The notes under the pieces: model-generated
Seen by the model: the letters and a program-made list of their open reading frames with translations, nothing else
Told to the model about the DNA's origin: nothing
Database searches by the model: none
Assembly (NCBI GenBank): GCA_964016885.1
Contig: OZ024740.1
Span: forward strand, 366,544,001-366,608,000
Origin: Eledone cirrhosa
Lineage: Eukaryota
DNA length: 64,000 bases
Reading direction: 5' to 3'
In this document: positions 55,206-64,000 of the stretch, piece after piece
Layout: the number at the start of each line of letters is the position of its first letter
Numbering within the stretch: the first letter of the stretch is position 1
Position numbers and translations under genes: made by a program

Positions 55206-55477
55206 ACGCAATCTACCATTTACACCTACTTGCACTTTATTGAAGTTTTCTGTGAGATGATGATGATGATAAGGAGGACGAGAAGAAGAAGAAGAAGAAG
55301 AAGAAGAAGAAGGTGGTAATACATATGTCACCTAACTATTGATAAACATAAAGTGATAAGGTGAAATATGCAAGACATGATTGTCATGCCACAGAATCTG
55401 TTTATCCTTCTATGTATGTGTATGTGTATGTGTGCATGTATGTGTTTGTACATATGTGTATGTAGATGTGTTTCTGT

Positions 55478-55530
<53 letters not shown>

Positions 55531-55658
55531 TGTGTGTGTGTGAAGAAGCATTGCAATCTTTATTTGCTTGTGAATTTTTTAATGAAAATACAAACAAATG
55601 CATATGCACGCACGCACACACACACACACACATGTATATACACACACATATAGATATG

Positions 55659-55697
<39 letters not shown>

Positions 55698-55734
55698 TTA
55701 TTTAGTTATGTAATAAACAACATAAGATAATTAT

Positions 55735-55795
55735 TTCATTTACCAGTGGTTTCTTGAAGGCAGATGTTATGTCTGTCTTCAGTCGTCAGAATGAA
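55735..55795 (-). ncRNA. Type I hammerhead ribozyme with near-palindromic stem III
   Basis: Minus strand: UUCAUU-CUGACGA-c UGAAG a CAGA(7)UCUG c CUUCA a-GAAA-CCA c UGG-UA-AAUGAA; GUA triplet; C.A mismatch at the base of stem II. Confidence 0.72.
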
Positions 55796-55915
55796 TAACA
55801 TGGTGTTTTTATTAAATATGGATTTGAAAACAAAATTTAGGAAATATGAAAGTATAACCTCTGCAACCTACATAGAGCACTCTTTTTTCCTGTACCTTTC
55901 CGACGGAAATACTTC

Positions 55916-55953
<38 letters not shown>

Positions 55954-55984
55954 CAAAATATTAACAAATGAAGATATTCACATA

Positions 55985-56075
55985 ATCAAAATATATGCTT
56001 TATTATATATATTTCGAAGGTACTGTGTTGTTTTTTTTCCAGTACATCCTCGTCAGATAAAATATATGATTTGAT
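55985..56075 (-). ncRNA. Minimal type I hammerhead with loop-less palindromic stem III (dimer type)
   Basis: UUUAU-CUGACGA-GGAuGUACUG..CAGUACcUUC-GAAA-UAUAUAU-A-AUAAA, with stem I extended by atatat/atatat and atcaaa/tttgat. Confidence 0.8.
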
Positions 56076-56347
56076 ATATGACATACCTCTACGGTCTCTT
56101 ATATCTCTAATTCGCTCTTTACACACTCTCTTATATCTCTAATTCGCTCCATGACCTTTTCTTCTTTAAGTTTATCATATTATTATTTGTGGTATTTAAA
56201 TGTTGAGATTTGATGAAATAATTCACTGCCAATACTGGAATTGAAATATCAAGACCGTAGAGGTATGCCATACATCAAATCATATATTTTATCTGCCGAG
56301 GACGTACTGGAAAAAAAAACAACACGGTACCTTTGAAATATATATAA

Positions 56348-56542
56348 CCTCCATGTTTCCCAAGATTCGCCAACACTACACCTAATGTTCCCCCTCCATA
56401 CACATACACACATATATATCATGACTCATACACTATTCACTTCCCTGACATTTGTATATTATTCTATGTACTATACATGCACCTTTGACGAGTTGTAGTG
56501 CACCTGAGCACTTTACACAATAATTTCATTATTATTATTATT
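56348..56542 (+). mobile_element. About 195-bp retroposon 3' end with (TTA)n tail inserted in the sense pLTR
   Basis: Absent from the inverted arm; ends caataatttcattattattattatt; (t)ataa duplicated at both junctions. Confidence 0.7.
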
Positions 56543-56748
56543 ATAATAAAGCATATATTTTGATTATGTGAATATCTTCATTTGTTAATATTTTGAATAA
56601 TATTAAAACTCCAGGAATATTTCTTTGTTGAGTGCTTTTAATCTATTGTAAAACTGTATTCATTGAGTAATCAATGAACCATATTAATCTTTGGTCATAT
56701 TTAGCTCCCTGAAGGTCGAGCGCTTCCTCTGCAACAGATTACCAACAA

Positions 56749-57897
56749 GTGATGGAGTTCTTCAGGATTTCTTCATCTCTTAAAGATATACCTTTACCAT
56801 CTAACGAAGAATATATGAAAAAACTTATTGCACAAACCAACTCCTTCATAAGAAGACTGCGGTGGCTTGCTTTTCCCTTTGAAAATAAAGAGAAAACGGA
56901 TAAGAAAAACACCAACCACAATTTCGAGCATATTTTTAAATCTAGGAAAAATCCTCCTTATAACAAACTCTTGGCTAATTTCGAAAACGAAATTATAAAT
57001 ATAGTAAGGAATATAAAATTAAAAAAAAAACATATAGAGGCCAAGAATAGAGGTCTAAAAGGGAAAAATTAATGACATACAGAAAGTAAACAAAATATTA
57101 GTGAAATCAGACAAAACAAACAATCTACATGGGATTGAAAGAACAAAATATAATGACTTAATTTTAAAAGAATTGAGAAAAAATTACAAAAAGGCCCCAA
57201 GTGAAGATTTATTGGATATTAATAATGATGCATTTGAAATTATCACTAATCTTGGAATAGTGCGGAAAACCGAACCCTTCATACCAAGGCAACCACGGAT
57301 ACATTTTAAAGACCATAAAAGTAATTTTGAAGAAGAATTACCTGTTAGACTTATTGCACCTTCGAAATCAGATCTCGGAATAATTAGTAAAAACATTATA
57401 GATAGGATTTTACCAACACTTAAATTTAGGTCAAGGCTAAACCTATGGAAGGGCACTAATGAAGTCATAGATTGGTTCAATAATATAGAAAATAAAAAAA
57501 ATCAGAAGTTTATTCAAATGGACATTGCGAGTTATTATTCCTCAATAACTCCTAACCTACTAAGTAAGGCGCTATCATATGCACATAAGCACACAGATCT
57601 ATCTAGTGATGAGATAAATATTATCTTAACTGCAAGGCGAACATTGATAGAATTTAATAATGATCTTTGGACTACATCCGATAGGCGGAAGAATTTTGAC
57701 ATTACTATGGGCTCGTCTGAATCGGCGCAAGTTACTGATCTTGTGTGAATTTTCATCCTTAACATGATAAATAGAAAACTGCCGGAGATTACATGTGGTT
57801 TATATAGAGACGACATATTATTTATTGTAGGAAAACATAATAATAGTGAATTAAATAGAGTAAAGAAAGTAATTATAGAAATTTTAAAAATTATGTG
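56749..57897 (+). pseudogene. Naiad-type PLE ORF N-terminus and RT, frameshifted at the A-run near 57025, TGA at 57746
   Basis: SLKDIPLPS..Y...LI....FIRRLRW, KSDKTNNL, KDHKSNF, RLIAPSKSDLG, DIASYYSSI, FDITMGS, and in-frame GLYRDD after the stop. Confidence 0.88.
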
Positions 57898-58951
57898 ACC
57901 GTAACTCTATGTTGCCAAGCATGGTGTCTGATGCTCTACCAATACAGCCAATCCACCAATAATAATGATAAAAATAATGGTTCTGATTTAAGCACATGGC
58001 CACCAATTTTGGGGGAGGTGAAGTCGATTAAATCGACCCAGTACATTACTGGTGCATTATTTTATCGACCCCATAAGGATGAAAGGCAAAGCTAATCTCA
58101 GTGGGATTTGAACTCAGAATGTAAAGGGCCATAACTCTATGCAAGCAAAGCAGGGTGTTCGGCGCTCTATTGATACTGCCAATCGACTGCCTAATAATAA
58201 TTGTTTCTACCTTAGGCACAAGGCCAGCAATTATCCCAGTGCATTACTGGTACTTTATTTTATCGACCCCGTAAGGCAAAGTTAACCTCGGCGGGATTTG
58301 AACTCAGAATGGCAATGGCCATAACTCTATGCATCAAAGCATGGCATCCGACCCTTTACCGATGCTGCCAATCCATTGTTTCTACTTCTGGTACAAGGCC
58401 AGTAAATTTGCAAGAGGTGGAAAGGTGATTAAATCACCCTAGTATTTGACTGGTACTTTATTTTATCCACCCGAAGGGATGAAAGGTAAATTTGAACTTA
58501 GAACATAAAGAGCAGTAAGCAAATACCACAAAGCATTTTGCACAAGGTTCTAAAAATTTAGCCAAAAGAATAACAGTACCAAAGGTAAATAAAAATATGA
58601 AACTCCTTACCTTGCTAACACATCCTCTCAAAAAAGAAAAGAGAAAAAAAAATGTGAAGAATATTGAAGTGTTGATTACATAAAGCTATATAGATAAAAC
58701 AGCATAAAAAATATATTATGTGTGTGTGTAATGGTACCTATACAATTGAATCAATACATTGGCTTCTTGTAGATTGTTTTACACACATGTAAGATTTACA
58801 CACTCTTAAGATTCTAGACACTTCTCCTCAAATTGGTATGGAGCACTTTAATATTTACCTCACAAACCCATTATGTATAAGTGTATGTGTTTATGTATAA
58901 GTGCATGTATGTATGTATGTATGTATCTATGTTCATATATATATATATGTG

Positions 58952-58994
<43 letters not shown>

Positions 58995-59027
58995 ATATAT
59001 ATAACTGTGTTTGTCTGTATACACATA

Positions 59028-59077
<50 letters not shown>

Positions 59078-62000
59078 CGTGTGTGTGTGTAAGTACATAT
59101 ATATAGCTCTGTATGTGTGTGTGTATATATACACCCACACATATATGTATATATAATACAGAAAAGAATATCATCAATACAAGAATCAATATAGAGACAA
59201 AACTTTGTAAATAGCTTATTGATGTCAGTCCCCTGAATAATCAGCATGCTGCCTTTTCAGCCATCATCTTTGTTACAGCTAACATCCTACACTCCCTCCT
59301 TTCATCCTTCTCACCATCATCATGGCCATCCTCATCATTATCACCATGGCAATCACCACTATCAGCATCATTACTACTAATGTTGTTTCAGAAGCTCACT
59401 AACAAGTAGTGTAATTGTAAGAAGTGACAAGATTTCCTCTCCTACTTGAAAGTATTTTACTTTATTTAGCACTGCAAATATCTTTGAGAAAATTATGAAC
59501 ATTTCACAATCTTGCTCTCCCCTCATACAGCATGACCCTGTTACTGTTACCTACAATAGAAATCAGGTGAAATTGTTGTGGATAAATGGAGCTACTCTTA
59601 CTGTATGAATGAATGTGGTTGGGAAGAATGGTAGAAGAAACTTGTGTTTGGAGAATAATTTTGTGTCATGTGAGGTGCTTAAAATTTAGGTCCCCTTTCA
59701 TGTTATTTCTGTTCTATATTCTTATTGTTATTATTTATTGAGTCGATGGATTGGTAGAGCCGATAGGACATCAAACAATATGCTTTGCAGTCTATAGTTA
59801 TGGCCCTTTACATTCTGAGTTCAAATCCCGACAAGGTTAGCTTTACCTTTCATCCTTAAGGGGCTGATAAAATAAAGTACCAGTAACGCACTGGGGTCGA
59901 TTTAATCGACTTTCTCCTCCCCCAAAATTGTTGGCCTCGTGCCTAAATCAGAAACCATTATTTATTAGGTCAATGTTAAAATGACGACGATGATGATGAT
60001 TAGTAAATTTATCAATGTGTTTTTATTTTATTGTTGATCCCACATTTCTCTTGATGTAACCCTATCATTGTAGCATTTAGTGGCAGTCCTTTATATTCTG
60101 AGTTCAAATCCTGCTGAGATCAACTTTGCTTTTCATCCTTGTGGGATCAATAAAATAAAATACCAGTAAAGTACTGCAGTCAATTTAATGGATTTTCTCC
60201 TCCTCTAAAATTGTGGCCCCATGCCTATATTAGAAACAATTATTACTATCACTATGCTCTTAAGTATACACGTAATGTACTCTACTGGAACTGTTCTGTA
60301 GAGTAGATTCACTTATAAACCTTTATTTACTTTATCAATAATGTTTTATGCAGAGTACATACACTCACTAGGGACTATTTTTCTGGATATGCCTTTAAAA
60401 GTTCACCCAGGCAAAATTTTTGACCTCATTTTCCTTTACTCTATTTCATAACTCTCACAATTCCTAAAATGACTAGGATTATTCACATGTCCATATTCCA
60501 CATTCTTGCTATTTCAATCTCCTTATCTTTATAATTAGAAAGTTTCTCAACCTTCTTGACCAAAGAGTTATTGTCATTTGGATAAGCCACACCAATTAAT
60601 GTACTGGTCAGTCTACTGCTATGACTTTGTGCCTGCAATTTATATCATTGCTATCCCAACCATAGAAGCCAAGAGAGTGTAGAACACTCTCCATCATGCA
60701 GAAACCCAGGTAGCTGTTGCATCATGGTCCCAGCAGACAGAATGGAGAAAGCTTTACTAAAGAGGATAGCAAGGAAGACATGCTGAAGTAGCCATTCCAA
60801 CTTGCACCAATAACAGTCAGAAGGTGGTATGGGGACCAAGAATGCCTCGTCTCTTTCCCTGAGAATCACATTTTCATTTTCCACCACAGTCTGAGACATT
60901 TTTATGTCATTTTTCTGTAGCTACATATCATACCCAGTTTATGAATCATCCATAGCTTTGTACTTTGATAATTTATCAGTTTTTTTTCCGACAATATTTT
61001 TTGTTGAAATTGATCAAAGTGTCTATTAGAGTTCATAGATTGTAATATGTCTTTTAATTATATCCATACAGAATCCTATGATTTTGTTCTCAGTGTGGAA
61101 AACCAAATCCCACAATATGGTATCTATGTCAATATCATCACATTGTTTTTTTTATGTACATTTATATCACTTATTCTGTTTCTATGTAAATCTTTTCTGC
61201 CTATTGCCTAATAAATTCACATTACAACTTCATGGTTTTAAATTTAATTTCACTGTGTGAGACCTTGATGTCTGCTACTAGAGCTTCAGATCAACAAGAG
61301 CTTTGCTGGCAAAATTTGGTTGATATAAACTGTCAGAGGGAATGTTTTTGTTTTGGGGCAGTACACTTAATCTGTCATTAGGTTTAACACAACCACCTAA
61401 CTCTGAAGGACCTTTGATAGAGTCTATTTTGTTGCTGTAAGCATTCATTCCAGGTCTCTGATTTTAAGATAACATTTTCTCTTAAACACACCAGTCTTGG
61501 TGACTGAAAACAGTTAGGAGCATTGCTTTTCATCTTCTTCAGGCACACAAAACTATCCTCCTAGTCCTGTCTGTATATATATTTTCTATTATGGGTTTAA
61601 CTAGTCAAAAATAATGTTATTGATAATGCACAGTTGTTGCTATTTTCTTAATATATTATGTTAGTTTCTTTGATAGTTTTGCAGCTAGGAATCCATTCAT
61701 TCAAGGCAGTTAAAATTACACCTAGTTATGTCTTTCATTTAGAATGTTTTAGCCATTGTTGACTGTAATACTCGTTCATTTCCTCTCCAGCCGTAGAAAA
61801 CTTGCCAACATCTCTATTGTCTGTGCCTTGATAAAATGTTCTGGGTAGAGCATAGGAACATTTTCCAAGTGAGATGCAGGCCCCTGGCCTGTCTGAGCAT
61901 CTGGTAGAGTGCAGGAATATAAGCGAGATTGAGGCCCCTAGTCCATCTATGAGATCATTAGCTCTACTTGGGTAATGACTTGGTCAGTGACATGCCATCC

Positions 62001-62582
62001 AACCTTTACTAGCAAGGAAAACAGATGTTAAATAATGATGATAATGATGATGAGGAGGAGGGAAACATTTGAAACACTGAAAACTAGATTGCTGGTTGCC
62101 TTCCTTGTAATATAAGTGGTCATTCAATACTTTGTTAGGTTGGTGAAACAGCAGTGAAAATGTGGACCCTTAGACACCTAAAGAACTTTTTAGAAACTGT
62201 TCATTACTATTAGTGGATGACTGGAAGAACATGTAGAGACTAGCTGGATTTGTGAAGGAGATGCAAAATCCATGCAAATTTGCTCAAGCAGTTTGAACTA
62301 TATCATCATCATCATCAGCATTTTTCGTCCGCTTTTCCCTGCTTGCAAGGGTGGGACGGGTCATATTCAGCACAGTATATATATATATTAGGCAGTGAGT
62401 TGCCAGTATTGGTAGAGCATTAAACGCCATGTTTTGCAACATAGAGTTATAGTCCTTTACGTTTTGAGTTCCGCCAAGGTTAACTTTGCCTTTAATCTTT
62501 ACGAGGTCTATAAAATAAAGCACCAGTAATGCACTGGGTAATTGCTGGCCTTGTGCCCAAAATAGAAACAATTATATATATA

Positions 62583-62782
62583 CACAGGGTCAGCTGTAAA
62601 GTTCATAGGTTGACCAAGAAACTCTCATAGAATGACCACATGAAGTTTATTTTTCAACATAGTCCCTGGAAAGAAACAATGCAGTTATTAATAATAAGAA
62701 TTGAAATTAATGCAAGCAAGATTTCACAGTACTAGCATCACTCCTTCATAGACAGTCTATGAACCTTTCAGCCAACCCTCAT
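62583..62782. mobile_element. Decayed mariner-type MITE
   Basis: agggtcagctgtaaagttcatagg / tctatgaacctttcagccaaccct imperfect TIRs, TA flanks. Confidence 0.55.
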
Positions 62783-63503
62783 ACTTTTGTATATGTCTAT
62801 GGAGAAATTAAATATATAATTGTTTCTACTTTCGGCACACGGCCAGCAATTACCCAGTACATTACTGGTATTTTATTTTATCGACCCCATAAGGATGAAA
62901 GGCAAAGTTAACCTTGGTGGGATTTGAACTCAGATTGTAAAGAGACGTAACTATGCTGGAAAGCATGTCCAACCTTCTACCAACTCTGCCAATCCACCGC
63001 CAAATATATAATAAACATTGTTTACATTTGTCCTGTGTGTTGTATACTGCAGTGATTGCTAAAAAAGAACTTGTTCAAGATACATAATGTATATCCAACT
63101 ACATATAAATATAAACAAAATACACCGTTTAGTGGAACTAATAAAGAACTAATTGTTCTACCTTCTAGCAAAAGCAGAAACTTTACAAATCAGATTTACC
63201 AATTTATTAAAATCTTTGCTCGTAGTGTGACTATATAAATATCTATAACCCATATTTCCCTGTGCACAGAAAAGATGATTACGTGACTTCAGAAGAGTCC
63301 CAACTAGGACAGATATCAGATCAATCTCCCTTTTTTCAGCCCATGGAGAAATAAAAAAAATATAAAGACATTTATTTACTTTTGTCTGGAGTATTAGATT
63401 ATATAGCATTTTTACACCTAAAAATGTTTTACTGATTGGTAGAGTAAAACCAATAGTACAATACCATTATCCAAAAACTGTTACTTGATGCAATGATTAT
63501 ATA

Positions 63504-63580
63504 CAGGGTGTCCCCCAAAAATGTATACACAATTCAACAGCATTCTAATCAAAGTGTGTATACATTTTTGGGACACCCTG
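63504..63580. mobile_element. 77-bp Tc1/mariner-type hairpin MITE
   Basis: TA|cagggtgtccc..aaaaatgtatacac...gtgtatacatttttgggacaccctg|TA. Confidence 0.85.
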
Positions 63581-64000
63581 TATATATATATATATATAAA
63601 TACATACACACATACATAAATATACATACATGCATACACTAACATATATATATACACACACACACATATATATATATACACACACAAATTATGTTGAAAC
63701 TCATACATAAATATTGATTGATTGATTCTTATCGAACAGTGTGTACATTTTCTTCATATTTCTCAACAGCTGAAATATTTTGTATGTTGTAGAACTCCTT
63801 GGGGGGTTTTTTGAATTATACCCATAACATACTTATTGATTTCTTTTTTTTTTTAGTTCTAGAATTTTTTGTACTGAGTTACCCTCATGAAAATTGGATG
63901 CCATATATACAAAGACAAATACATAATCATGCAAACACTCCTACATGCACACATACAGAGGAATATGTATATATATAACATTCAGTCCGAAACAAATGAG

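Larger units (their letters stand above)
55947..57897 (+). mobile_element. 5' part of a Naiad-type Penelope-like element: inverted pLTR (55947-56097), spacer, direct pLTR (56252-56602, interrupted), ORF
   Basis: Inverted arms each carry a hammerhead; the ORF follows; (TA)n on the left; truncated by SINEs on the right. Confidence 0.85.

Noticed and set aside
54336-55331. Mucin-like or Gly/Val-rich ORFs
   Set aside because: Products of trinucleotide simple repeats, open in several frames on both strands.
57746-57748. In-frame TGA in the Naiad-type RT as selenocysteine
   Set aside because: It aligns with the conserved Gly of the ELVG-type motif (GGA>TGA), not a Cys; the copy is also frameshifted and no SECIS is visible.
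58605-58652. Minus-strand micro-exon (polypyrimidine tract, AG, 14-16 nt, GTAAGG)
   Set aside because: Both candidate acceptors are GAG, the length is not a multiple of 3, and no neighbouring exons were found; needs RNA-seq.
63285-63325. cagaaga-gtcc..ggac hammerhead-like stem II
   Set aside because: GAAA is replaced by AGAT and there is no stem I partner.

Overview
This window is eukaryotic, AT-rich and almost entirely repetitive. The tRNA-derived Nin/Deu-domain, CORE/V and Meta SINEs and the dense (TA)n/(CA)n/(TAA)n tracts point to a mollusc, probably an octopod cephalopod (inference). I found no convincing host protein-coding exon; nearly all ORF-track entries are repeat or microsatellite artefacts. 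Layout: (1) 1-5494 is the end of a homogeneous satellite with a 202-bp monomer, a 1295-bp higher-order unit (5 monomers + 285-bp insert) and an apparent 2590-bp super-period. (2) Penelope-like (Naiad-type) relics and ORF-less fold-back fragments sit beside (TA)n tracts and carry at least five type I hammerhead ribozyme motifs, some with non-canonical cores. (3) 34.5-45.9 kb is a nest of retroelements stacked in (TAA)n with strict orientation: a near full-length Tx1/L1-clade LINE, a truncated second copy, R4/Dong-type LINEs and SINEs. (4) 46994-52381 is a CsRn1-clade Ty3/Gypsy LTR element with 499-bp LTRs, a GATA TSD, a mostly deleted gag and an unusually long tRNA-Trp-like PBS. (5) CRE and RTE LINE fragments, piggyBac/hAT/mariner MITEs and microsatellites are scattered throughout. 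Coordinates were read by eye, and family assignments rest on recalled motifs, not database searches.
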